64,000 nucleotides of DNA from contig OZ243969.1 of NCBI GenBank assembly GCA_965214675.1, positions 47,249 to 111,248 of the forward strand, in the 5' to 3' direction. A program made the position numbers and the translations under genes. Source of the DNA: Gammaproteobacteria bacterium. GTDB taxonomy: Bacteria > Pseudomonadota > Gammaproteobacteria > UBA4575. This document shows, piece by piece, positions 18,806 through 27,989 of the stretch (the first letter of the stretch is position 1; every line of letters starts with the position of its first letter). Under the pieces are notes generated by a model, which was not told where the DNA came from, made no database searches, and was given only the letters and a program-made list of their open reading frames with translations.

Positions 18806-19183
18806 CTAATGCAAAACACGGGGTGCGGCCAAGGTGAACGGATTGATCTCCGCGTCAAACTTTGTACCGTCATCAGTTACCATCTGATAACTTCCTTGCA
18901 TCGTGCCTACCGGCGTTTCCAGCATCGTTCCGCTAGTGTATTGAAATGCTTCGCCAGGGCGTAAATAGGGCTGTTCACCCACAACCCCTTCACCCTTTAC
19001 TTCCTGAGTCTTGCCATTGGAATCTGTGATAATCCAATGGCGTGTCATCAGCCGGGCTGGCACAAGTCCGGTATTATGTATGGTAACGGTATAGGCAAAA
19101 ACGAATCTATTTTGCCTTTCATCAGCTTCAATAAATGCACTATCCACACTTACATCAATACTATGATTTTCTAACTTTTCCAC
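18806..19183 (-). CDS. apaG: ApaG protein
   Basis: 125 aa. FVFAYTVTIHNTG...RHWIITDSNGK...GEGVVGEQP is the typical ApaG/DUF525 sequence. Confidence 0.93.
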   Translation of the reverse strand: MEKLENHSIDVSVDSAFIEADERQNRFVFAYTVTIHNTGLVPARLMTRHWIITDSNGKTQEVKGEGVVGEQPYLRPGEAFQYTSGTMLETPVGTMQGSYQMVTDDGTKFDAEINPFTLAAPRVLH

Positions 19184-19229
19184 AGTGCTTGCTTATGCAT
19201 TTACATCGATCATATGTCAAAAAAACATA

Positions 19230-20009
19230 TCACCCTGAGAGCAGGTTGGCAAGATTTATATACTGCTGCACAGGTATTTCTTGGGGGCGATTGCGTGGAT
19301 CAATATCAACCTGTTTCAACTGTGTAACCGAGACATATTTTGCGAGGCAGTTTTTGATTGTTTTTCTTCTTTGCTGAAAAGCAGATTTTACGAGCTCGCT
19401 GAATAGTGTCTGGTCACGAATCTTTCTCAGCGTGACTGGGTCAGGCAGTATGCGCATGAAGCACGAGGTTACCTTCGGTGGTGGAGAGAACATATGAGGT
19501 GGAATTTCAAACAGGTTCTCTGACTTATAAGCGCTCTTCATTACCACGCTAAGTCTGCTGTATTCAGGGGTTTTCGGACGTGCTGTGATTCTTTCTGCAA
19601 CTTCTTTCTGGAGCATGAAATGCATATCAGAAATTATTTCAGAGAATTGCAGCAGATGAAATAATAATGGTGTCGATATGTTGTATGGCAAGTTGCCAAT
19701 CACACGAATCGGCTGGTCTGAATTGCCCACACGATTGAAATCAAATTTCAGAACATCGCCTTGATGTAAAATCAACGCCCCAACTTCCCGACATTGCTTT
19801 GTTAGTTCTGTAGACAGGGCTTGATCGATTTCGATGGCATGCATCGTGCCTGCCTTTTCTAATACGGGCAGGGTGATGGCACCAAGGCCGGGACCGACTT
19901 CACAGATATTTTGTTTTGGAGCAGGGGCTATGGCCTGAGTAATCAAAGAGATGGTAGCTTTATCCGCTAATAAATGCTGCCCAAGGTGTTTGTTAAGCTT
20001 CATGGTCAA
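19230..20009 (-). CDS. rsmA: 16S rRNA (adenine1518/1519-N6)-dimethyltransferase
   Basis: 259 aa with the SAM motif EVGPGLGAIT and GNLPYNISTP. Confidence 0.93.
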   Translation of the reverse strand: MTMKLNKHLGQHLLADKATISLITQAIAPAPKQNICEVGPGLGAITLPVLEKAGTMHAIEIDQALSTELTKQCREVGALILHQGDVLKFDFNRVGNSDQPIRVIGNLPYNISTPLLFHLLQFSEIISDMHFMLQKEVAERITARPKTPEYSRLSVVMKSAYKSENLFEIPPHMFSPPPKVTSCFMRILPDPVTLRKIRDQTLFSELVKSAFQQRRKTIKNCLAKYVSVTQLKQVDIDPRNRPQEIPVQQYINLANLLSG

Positions 20010-20130
20010 AGCTGAAAATTCGTGCAGATAGCTCAGGTTTTACTTTCCCAGATACCGGTTCTGGTATCTCCACGCGATCTGACAGGCGACACAGGCTACA
20101 GTGCAGCATATGTTGAACAGTAAGTCAGCA

Positions 20131-20700
20131 CTAATCTGTGGTTTTTCTTTGTGCTGGGGAGGGCGCTAAATGCGTACTTGCCGTTGTTTGTGTAGGTGTC
20201 GTGTGCTCAGTGTCATCATGTTTTTGGATTTTCGTTTCTCTGACAACATAGGTACAGATGATTTCATAATGCTCCTGTTCGATCGGCTTAACCAAGGAGA
20301 GAGTAATTATAAGATCTGGATGATAAAGCAGGAGTTGCTTGCTCTCCTTTAGGGTATCTGATGTCGTTGAATCCGTAATTACGCCAAACCGCAGCGCTAG
20401 GCTTCTTCCGATCTGATCTGCAATATTGCGCAAGGCTGCCAAGGTCGTAGAGTTTTTTCTAAGTAAAAGTTGACCCAAGTGGGTTACGCCGAGTGCTGAA
20501 GCATTTTCCGTAATTTCCAACGCGCGTGCTTTGCTGGAAAGGGGCTTGAATTTGAATGCAATTTTTCCGTCATGGAGCAATTCGAATTCTTCGTTGCTCG
20601 AAATAGTGATGACGCGGTCCAAGTCAACGGAATACGCGGCAGGCATACAGCAACTAACCAATAGTACTGAAAGCAGTATAAATTTGATTTTGCGGTTCAT
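20131..20700 (-). CDS. hypothetical secreted protein
   Basis: 189 aa with a signal peptide MNRKIKFILLSVLLVSCCMPAAYS and a Thr/Pro-rich C-terminal tail. I recognise no family and see no clear SD. It is co-oriented with the operon. Confidence 0.5.
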   Translation of the reverse strand: MNRKIKFILLSVLLVSCCMPAAYSVDLDRVITISSNEEFELLHDGKIAFKFKPLSSKARALEITENASALGVTHLGQLLLRKNSTTLAALRNIADQIGRSLALRFGVITDSTTSDTLKESKQLLLYHPDLIITLSLVKPIEQEHYEIICTYVVRETKIQKHDDTEHTTPTQTTASTHLAPSPAQRKTTD

Positions 20701-20822
20701 TTATCAGAGCGTAAAGTGGGATGATTCAGTCCAAAAGATATCCATTTTGTCAGAGTCAGCTGCAGCCTTTATGTTGCTGTAAAAAGATAGAGCGTTTGTC
20801 ATAGTGTGGGACCTCTGCTGGT

Positions 20823-21836
20823 TTAATGAGTGTGACTGCCACACAGTTTTGCAGCCATCACTGCCGCCGTAGAAATACTTCCGGCCTCTGCAATACCCTG
20901 TCCAGCGATGTCCAGCGCAGTACCATGATCAACGGAAGTGCGAATGATTGGCAGGCCTAATGTTACATTAACGATGTTTCCAAAATCACTGTACTTGATA
21001 ACAGGCAAGCCCTGATCATGATACATTACAACGATCACGTCTCTCGTGTGGAGTTTTTTCTGGGCAAAAGCTGTATCGGCAGGAAGTGGACCTTCCAGTT
21101 GCATGCCTTGTTTGCGCAGCTTATCAAGTAGTGGACTGATTATTTCTTTTTCTTCTGATCCCAAGTAGCCGTTTTCTCCTGCATGCGGGTTCAACCCGCA
21201 TACACTTATGGATGGCTTTTCGATTCCGAATCGGTGAACCAGGTCTTGATGCAAAATTTTCAGTACGGTTTCAATGCGTTTTGGTGTGATTTGGGCAGGT
21301 ACGTCCGAGACTGGCAGGTGCGTGGTTACAAGTGCCACGCGGAGTATCTGCTCTGTCTCTATGTTACTCATTTCGTTACTGAGTAACATGACTGGGTCAC
21401 ATCCGGTTTTCTCAGCAAAATATTCTGTATGTCCGGAGAAGGAAAATCCTGCCTCTTTGATAATGCTTTTTTGCACAGGACCTGTCGTCACCGCTTGGCA
21501 TTCGTTTTTCTGGGTAAGCTCAATAGCAGTATTCAGGGTCTCAATGACATAGCTTGAATTCTCGACATCCAACTTTCCTGGAGTTACGTGGTTCAAGATT
21601 GGAATATCGATCACATCAAGTTGACCGGGGCGATGGGGCGCAGGAATTTGCCCCGGGGTAAAGCTATTCACTGATACGTTGATGCATAACTGCTTTGCAA
21701 TACCTGCCAATAATTCTTTATTGGCAACTGCTACGATCTCAAACGCAAGTGCATGTCGGGCGAGTTTGAGTACAATCTCAGGACCAATTCCAGCCGGTTC
21801 GCCTGGAGTCACAGCAATTCGTGGTACGGGTTGCAT
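20823..21836 (-). CDS. pdxA: 4-hydroxythreonine-4-phosphate dehydrogenase
   Basis: 337 aa with TPGEPAGIGPE, GLNPHAGENG and SVDHGTALDIAG motifs. Confidence 0.95.
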   Translation of the reverse strand: MQPVPRIAVTPGEPAGIGPEIVLKLARHALAFEIVAVANKELLAGIAKQLCINVSVNSFTPGQIPAPHRPGQLDVIDIPILNHVTPGKLDVENSSYVIETLNTAIELTQKNECQAVTTGPVQKSIIKEAGFSFSGHTEYFAEKTGCDPVMLLSNEMSNIETEQILRVALVTTHLPVSDVPAQITPKRIETVLKILHQDLVHRFGIEKPSISVCGLNPHAGENGYLGSEEKEIISPLLDKLRKQGMQLEGPLPADTAFAQKKLHTRDVIVVMYHDQGLPVIKYSDFGNIVNVTLGLPIIRTSVDHGTALDIAGQGIAEAGSISTAAVMAAKLCGSHTH

Positions 21837-21875
21837 GGAGGCAGTCGATCAATGCAAATGGCCGAAAGGCCTGGA

Positions 21876-23162
21876 TCAGTTAGAGGAATGCAATCGATTT
21901 TCTATATAGCTTTCATCACGAAGTCGTCTTAGCCACAGCTCGGTTTCTTCCTCAATTTTTCTTTGCCGAATTTGTTCAAAGGCTTTGGCACGGATTGCTG
22001 CTTGAGTATTATCATGTTTGCGTACGTCCTGTAATTGCACAATGTGCCAACCAAACTGAGTACGGAATGGTTCGCTGATTTGTTTGGCTGCCAGCGCATC
22101 TACAACTTCCTTGAACTGGGGCACATAGGTGCCCGACACAGCCCACCCTAATTGGCCACCATTGAAGGCACTGCTCAGGTCCTCCGAATATTCTTTCGCA
22201 AGCTCAGTGAAATCCTCACCTGCCTCAATCCTTGACTTGATGTCTTTCAGTTTTTTTTCGGCAGCCTCATCGGACAGCAAGGCATTCGTGCGAATCAGTA
22301 TGTGGCGCACCAGCACCTGGTCAACCATGGTTTCTTTTTCGATCTCTCGCTGGCCCAAAAGCTTGAAAATATGAAACCCTGATGGACTTTGGATGATTTT
22401 GCTTATTTCGCCAGGAGTCATCTGATTGATTTCCTGTACTAGCACCTGCGGCAATCGTGTTCTGTCCCGCCAACCCAGGTCACCGCCCTGCAGGGCATCC
22501 TGAGCATCAGAAGCAGCTATGGCCAGCTGAGTGAAGTTGTCTCCTGACACAGCACGTTCGTATACCATAGAGGCACGATTCGCAGAATTTTTTATTTGCT
22601 CCGGACTCGGGCCCTCAGGAACTGCAATAAGTATGTGCGCAACGTGATACTCATTTTCTACTTGCAATAATTCACCATTTGACCTGGCAATGAGTTCTTC
22701 GACTTCCGTTTCTGAAACCTGAATGTTTTGATCAATGATACGTTGGCGCAGTTGCTCTATTATCATCTCGTCCCTGATCTGATTTCTAAATACTGCGTAA
22801 TCCAAGCCTTGCTTGAGGAGCGTGTCGCGAAACTGTTCAAGATTCATATTGTTACGTCGTGCTAAATTGCGCATCGCTTGGTCAAGGGTTAGCACGTCAA
22901 TCTGAATCCCCCGGCGATCAGCAAGCTGAAGTTGCAAGCGTTCAATGATCAGACGTTGCAGTACCTGCTCAACAAGCACATTTTTTGGGGGCAGAGCGCT
23001 TCGGTTTTGTTTGAATTGTTGCACTAGGGCCTGTATGCGCTGCCGGAGTTCACTCTCCATGACGACATCGTCTTCTACGACGGCCACGATTCGATCAAGT
23101 GCATTTGTACTGGTGCTGGCGATTAGCAGTACAGCGCACAATATGTACAGGGAACGTTTCAT
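21876..23162 (-). CDS. surA: periplasmic chaperone / peptidyl-prolyl isomerase SurA
   Basis: 428 aa with a signal peptide, an N-terminal SurA domain and two parvulin domains (HILI..., GGDLGW / GGQLGW). Confidence 0.93.
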   Translation of the reverse strand: MKRSLYILCAVLLIASTSTNALDRIVAVVEDDVVMESELRQRIQALVQQFKQNRSALPPKNVLVEQVLQRLIIERLQLQLADRRGIQIDVLTLDQAMRNLARRNNMNLEQFRDTLLKQGLDYAVFRNQIRDEMIIEQLRQRIIDQNIQVSETEVEELIARSNGELLQVENEYHVAHILIAVPEGPSPEQIKNSANRASMVYERAVSGDNFTQLAIAASDAQDALQGGDLGWRDRTRLPQVLVQEINQMTPGEISKIIQSPSGFHIFKLLGQREIEKETMVDQVLVRHILIRTNALLSDEAAEKKLKDIKSRIEAGEDFTELAKEYSEDLSSAFNGGQLGWAVSGTYVPQFKEVVDALAAKQISEPFRTQFGWHIVQLQDVRKHDNTQAAIRAKAFEQIRQRKIEEETELWLRRLRDESYIENRLHSSN

Positions 23163-23191
23163 TCAGGTATCAGTGGCGGGAGGCAAGGTAT

Positions 23192-25480
23192 TCAGTAAAA
23201 ATATTGATCATCTCTATCATCGTATCCGCGAATTCCACGTTTAAGCAACTCGCCCAAGGGTGAACCAATCTGTCCCAGCCCTTTCAGAACCAGTTGGAAC
23301 TCCATGCTGTTATTATAATCTTCGCTCACATTTTGATTATAGCGCCTTCCGGCTACACGAAGTTTCCAGCAGCAGGTTTCATACTCCAGCCCTGCAAGCA
23401 GCTCCAGATTGCGATTATTCTGCAGGTCATAGTTCCAGCGCGTCACGGTGCGCCAGCGATTATTCAAGGGCAATACCAAGGATAGATCTGATTGTTCCAG
23501 GCTTTCTTGTCGATTAGTCATCAGATCGACCGGTTCTGTACTCTTATGCCGATACCTGTAGGCCGCGTTTAATGCCAGGCTATCTTCATTGCGGTAGTGG
23601 AAACGTATAGAATTTCTCTGTGTGCGATCATTATGAGTGTCGCGCAAGATTGAACCGATTACTTGCCAACGTTCGCTGAGTCCCAGGCTCAGTTCTGCTG
23701 CCACTTCTGAAGATTGATCAAGCTCGTCGAGTACACCTGGCTTCCAGGCTTTCCGATCCCTGAAGTAGAAGATTCGCCCGACACTTGCCCGCAACTTCTC
23801 ATGGCCATTTTCCGCATTCAGGATCCGAGAGGTCACTCCTACGCTCAAGCGATCAGCTTCGCTGATGCGGTCATGGCCACTGAAACGACTGTTCCGGAAA
23901 AGCTGCTCGAACCCAAACTCATATTCCTTGGTATCAAAAAGCGGAATTTCATCCTGATTGCGATACGGGGTATGGAGGTAATGTATTCGAGGCTCCAGAC
24001 TCTGGATATTTCCTGATTTCTTCAAATCTCTTTCAAATCTAAGTCCAGCATCGAGGTATATGCTTGGCACGCTGCGTGTAGGCTCATGATCAAGTCCATC
24101 TCTACGGTGCAGGTCATACCGGGTATGAGCAAGGCGCATGCCGGGCCGGACAAAATAGGCTGCATTTTCGTAGGGCCGTTCAACCGCTACTTCTAAGTGA
24201 AGCCGTTCGCCATCAATTTTGTCATCATGATGGAAACGGACCCACTGGTTTTCAGTAATGAAATCTAATGTACCCAGCACAGAGGGGTATTTGCCCTTCA
24301 GCTCAAGTTGTGGAAGACGTTCAAATGGCTCTTCTGTACTAGTCAAGCTGGGATCTACCACCTGAAAACCTTGCATAAGACCTGTGAGTTCCCAGTGCCG
24401 TCCCAGGTAACTCAAGCGTCCATATTGCTCGATGTACTGAGTGCTGCTAAGACGCAAGCTATCACCAAGATCCTCGAAATACATTTTGTCAGAGGCCCTG
24501 TTATACAGAACATCCAGTTCTATCCCGGGAATTAAGGAGCCTTGGTATTTGACTGAAGTCAGATAACGATCATCATCAAACTCACGGTCATCCAGGTACT
24601 CGATACCCACCTGGCTTAGCCCCTTGCCATTAAGGTGACGATAGCTGGATTTCAGTTGTACCCCGCGATCAGTGAGCAGGCGGGGCGTAAAGATTGCATC
24701 CTGGTTAGGAGCAATGTTCCAGTACCAGGGTGTTTCAAGTGCCAGGCCAGAGTCGCTGGAATTACTGAATGTAGGTGCCAGAAATCCTGATTTTCGAGTA
24801 TCGTCTATAGGGAACCGGATCCATGGCGTATAAAAGACAGGGATGCCCATGAATCTTGCGGTTACACCTTTTCCCACTCCGTCACCCGAGGTTCTGTCAA
24901 GGTCCAGCGTATTGGCAGCAAGTTCCCAGGAGCTGTCCCCCATGGCACAGGTTGTATAGGTTGAATTTTTCAGGTGGACTAAATCCTTGGAAGTTCGCTC
25001 AACGCTGTCTGCTTTGCCACGTGCGAACAGTGGTTTGTATTGATAGCTAACAGAACTTGACTCAAAGTAGCCGGTATCCAGGTTAAGCTGCGCTTCTGTG
25101 CCTTCTATAATCCACTCGTCGTCCTCTATGCGCACGTTGCCGTGGGCATCTATTGCCTGATCATTTTCCAGGTAATGCAGAAGGTCTGCATTCAGCTTCT
25201 GTGACCCTCTCGTAATTTGTACCGCCCCCTGCAAGATAACTGCGCCACTATCGTCGTGCTCAATTTGATCAGCACTTAACTGCACAGGTGCATCAGGATT
25301 TGCCAGTGCAGTAGTTTCTGGGGGCTGTGTCCTTAGGCAGGCCTTGTTAGTAGAGCTTTCGCCATTCGGAATAACGGCCCCGCTCCCATTCTCGGCAATG
25401 GCTTGTCCGGCTGTCAGGGATACCAGACATATGCTTGTCAAGAGGGGCGCAAATAGCTTATTCAAGGTAATTTTTGACAC
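23192..25480 (-). CDS. lptD: LPS-assembly outer-membrane protein LptD
   Basis: It has an OstA-type N-domain and a long beta-barrel region, and sits upstream of surA-pdxA. The ORF track runs to 25639. The GTG at 25480 is followed by SKITLNKLFAPLLTSICLVSLTAGQAIA (a signal peptide), so it is the likelier start. Confidence 0.9.
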   Translation of the reverse strand: MSKITLNKLFAPLLTSICLVSLTAGQAIAENGSGAVIPNGESSTNKACLRTQPPETTALANPDAPVQLSADQIEHDDSGAVILQGAVQITRGSQKLNADLLHYLENDQAIDAHGNVRIEDDEWIIEGTEAQLNLDTGYFESSSVSYQYKPLFARGKADSVERTSKDLVHLKNSTYTTCAMGDSSWELAANTLDLDRTSGDGVGKGVTARFMGIPVFYTPWIRFPIDDTRKSGFLAPTFSNSSDSGLALETPWYWNIAPNQDAIFTPRLLTDRGVQLKSSYRHLNGKGLSQVGIEYLDDREFDDDRYLTSVKYQGSLIPGIELDVLYNRASDKMYFEDLGDSLRLSSTQYIEQYGRLSYLGRHWELTGLMQGFQVVDPSLTSTEEPFERLPQLELKGKYPSVLGTLDFITENQWVRFHHDDKIDGERLHLEVAVERPYENAAYFVRPGMRLAHTRYDLHRRDGLDHEPTRSVPSIYLDAGLRFERDLKKSGNIQSLEPRIHYLHTPYRNQDEIPLFDTKEYEFGFEQLFRNSRFSGHDRISEADRLSVGVTSRILNAENGHEKLRASVGRIFYFRDRKAWKPGVLDELDQSSEVAAELSLGLSERWQVIGSILRDTHNDRTQRNSIRFHYRNEDSLALNAAYRYRHKSTEPVDLMTNRQESLEQSDLSLVLPLNNRWRTVTRWNYDLQNNRNLELLAGLEYETCCWKLRVAGRRYNQNVSEDYNNSMEFQLVLKGLGQIGSPLGELLKRGIRGYDDRDDQYFY

Positions 25481-25700
25481 AGATGAAGTATGTGCAATAT
25501 GCGCATGGGATGGTAGCACGAGCAGTCTAGCATTTTCAGGATAGCCGGCAGGTCCAGTGCATTTCAGCACAAAGCAAGGCTCTTGCCTGACATGCAGCCT
25601 CCCGAAGCAGAACTGAAGCCTGCAGTAGAGAACCAACACATCTCAACTGCAAGCCCCGCGCACGATTGAGCCGGGCTGCCGGGTCAGTGTGCCGAAATCA

Positions 25701-27704
25701 TCACAAGAGTGGTGCAATAACGAGGCTCACGATGGCCATTACGTTGATAAGGATGTTCATGGATGGCCCAGATGTATCCTTGAGTGGGTCACCTACCGTA
25801 TCACCAACCACTAAGGCCTTATGCACGTCAGAGCCCTTGCCACCAAGATTTCCTTTCTCGACGTATTTCTTAGCATTGTCCCAGGCTCCTCCAGCAGTGG
25901 TCATCGTCAGTGCAAGCAGGACACAGCCCAGCAAAGCTCCTCCCAACATACCACCTAGTGTTTTGGCGCCGAAACCAAATCCGACAACCACCGGTGCAAT
26001 CACGGCCAGCAAGCCAGGGGCCACCATGCGTTTTAGTGCAGCCGTGGTAGCAATATCAATACAACGAACTGTGTCAGGTTTTGCTTGGCCTTCAAGCAGC
26101 CCGGGAATCTCATGAAATTGCCTTCGAATTTCCTTGATCATATCGAATGCTGCATCGCCGACGGCGGTAATGGTCAGAGAGGCTACAATGAAGGGGAATA
26201 CCCCTCCAATGAACAATCCAATCAAGACTTCAGGATCACTCAGGTCCAGAGCTAAGGGTTCTTTCCCGTGACTCACCTCAGAAAGAAAGGCCGTGATGAT
26301 CGCCAACGCCGCCAGAGTGGCTGCCCCAATAGCAAATCCTTTGCCAATGGCTGCTGTAGTATTACCCACCTCATCCAGTTCATCGGTGATTTTGCGTACA
26401 TCATCTCCAAGTTCAGCCATCTCAGCTATGCCACCTGCATTATCGGCCACGGGTCCATAGGCATCTATCGCCATGGTAATGCCCACAGTTGCCAGCATAC
26501 CCACTGCTGCAATACCAACTCCGTATAAGTCAGCGAATTGATTGGCAAAAAATATGATTGCAGCGAGACTCAGTATGGGCACAACTACGGACTGGGTACC
26601 TGTAGCTAAACCGGCAATAATCACCGTTGCAGGGCCGGTTTCACCACCTTTTGCAATCTTCCTGACTGGTGCACCACCGGTATAGTATTCAGTGACCAAG
26701 CCAATGATGATCCCTCCTACTGCACCCGCCAGGACGGAGCCCCAGACGCCGATGTTGATCCCGAGTGCATGAACGACCCAGTAAGCAGCAACGATAAAGA
26801 TCACTGCAGCTGAAAAGGTCCCGATTCGCAGTGCTGTGGCGGGGGATTTTCGCGCTGCAGTTTTTACCAGGAAAATTCCCAAAATTGAGCAGACAATGCC
26901 GACTGAAGCCAGACCCAGAGGTAAAAACATCAGGGCCTGTCTTTCGCCCAGGCGTTCAATGACGGCTGGAGCTAGAGTTGCCGAGATAGCTATAGTGGCT
27001 ATGATCGAGCCACAGTATGACTCGAAGATGTCAGATCCCATGCCAGCGACGTCTCCGACGTTGTCCCCAACATTGTCTGCGATGACTCCCGGGTTGCGGG
27101 GATCATCCTCCGGGATACCTGCCTCTATTTTCCCCACCAAGTCGGCCCCCACATCCGCGCTTTTCGTGTAAATTCCGCCACCCACACGGGAAAACAGGGC
27201 TACCACCGAGGCCCCCATCCCGAAGCCGTGAATAACATTCGCTGTTGCAGGATCGCGTCCATAAGCCAAATACAACGCTCCAAGACCAAGCAGTCCCATA
27301 GCAGCTACGGTAAGTCCCATGATGGAACCTCCCATAAAGGCAACATCGAGTGCAGCATCCCGGCCTTTCTCATGTGCTGCCACGGTTGTCCGAACATTAG
27401 CGCGGGTAGCTGTATACATCCCAATATAGCCTGCTGCTGATGAGCACAGCGCACCTACAATAAACGCGATTGCAGTGTTTGGACCTAGGCCCGAAAACCA
27501 GATGAAAACAGTCACCACTGCTGCAAAAGCGTACAGAATTGAATATTCTCGGCGCATGAAAGCCATTGCACCGTCATGGATGGCATCAGATATCTCAATG
27601 ACCTTATTGCTGCCCTGTGGATGGCGAAGTACTGACCGGTATATCCACAGTGCAATGACAAGTCCCAGAACACCTAAGGTGAAGGGTAAATGATGAATGG
27701 TCAT
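25701..27704 (-). CDS. hppA: membrane-bound ion-translocating pyrophosphatase, K+-dependent-type signature
   Basis: 667 aa and polytopic, with [26 protein letters not shown] and GDTVGDP motifs. It has [14 protein letters not shown] (Ala and Gly) rather than the GNTTKA..TKG of K+-independent enzymes. Confidence 0.93.
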   Translation of the reverse strand: MTIHHLPFTLGVLGLVIALWIYRSVLRHPQGSNKVIEISDAIHDGAMAFMRREYSILYAFAAVVTVFIWFSGLGPNTAIAFIVGALCSSAAGYIGMYTATRANVRTTVAAHEKGRDAALDVAFMGGSIMGLTVAAMGLLGLGALYLAYGRDPATANVIHGFGMGASVVALFSRVGGGIYTKSADVGADLVGKIEAGIPEDDPRNPGVIADNVGDNVGDVAGMGSDIFESYCGSIIATIAISATLAPAVIERLGERQALMFLPLGLASVGIVCSILGIFLVKTAARKSPATALRIGTFSAAVIFIVAAYWVVHALGINIGVWGSVLAGAVGGIIIGLVTEYYTGGAPVRKIAKGGETGPATVIIAGLATGTQSVVVPILSLAAIIFFANQFADLYGVGIAAVGMLATVGITMAIDAYGPVADNAGGIAEMAELGDDVRKITDELDEVGNTTAAIGKGFAIGAATLAALAIITAFLSEVSHGKEPLALDLSDPEVLIGLFIGGVFPFIVASLTITAVGDAAFDMIKEIRRQFHEIPGLLEGQAKPDTVRCIDIATTAALKRMVAPGLLAVIAPVVVGFGFGAKTLGGMLGGALLGCVLLALTMTTAGGAWDNAKKYVEKGNLGGKGSDVHKALVVGDTVGDPLKDTSGPSMNILINVMAIVSLVIAPLL

Positions 27705-27989
27705 GAAAAATTCTCCCTATTGAGATGCCAATTTTGTAATCGGTAGCCGATGCGGTAGGTAGCATCCCGCTAAACGAATAATCAATCCTTACAATCGAGC
27801 AACCGGGTATTGTACTTGAATACGGATGTTCGCCGACATGCGGTACACAGCTTTTGCGCTAGAACCGTCGTAGGTTCTGACCGATTCTGTAGCAATCCAC
27901 ATGATAAGCCTATGGAAAGAGTATATCCGTGCGGTTTCAAGGTGTATATTTGATACCACCTGTTCGTGCACTGGATTGTATAGTCAAAA

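Noticed and set aside
25666-26115. Long antisense ORFs inside well-supported genes (25666-26115 in hppA, 50136-50684 in mclA, 56001-56531 in fbpC, 37758-38231 and 37927-38370 in amgK, 1875-2372 in ilvA, 54598-55210 in ilvD)
   Set aside because: Each lies wholly within a gene whose translation carries diagnostic motifs on the other strand. Their compositions (Ser/Pro/Arg/Cys-rich) are typical of shadow frames.
27705-27989. 79-aa and 60-aa minus ORFs, and a possible sRNA, in the hppA/mrdA divergent region
   Set aside because: The ORFs lack an SD and have implausible composition. Only a weak 6-bp hairpin (agaacc/ggttct) was seen, which is insufficient evidence for an RNA gene.
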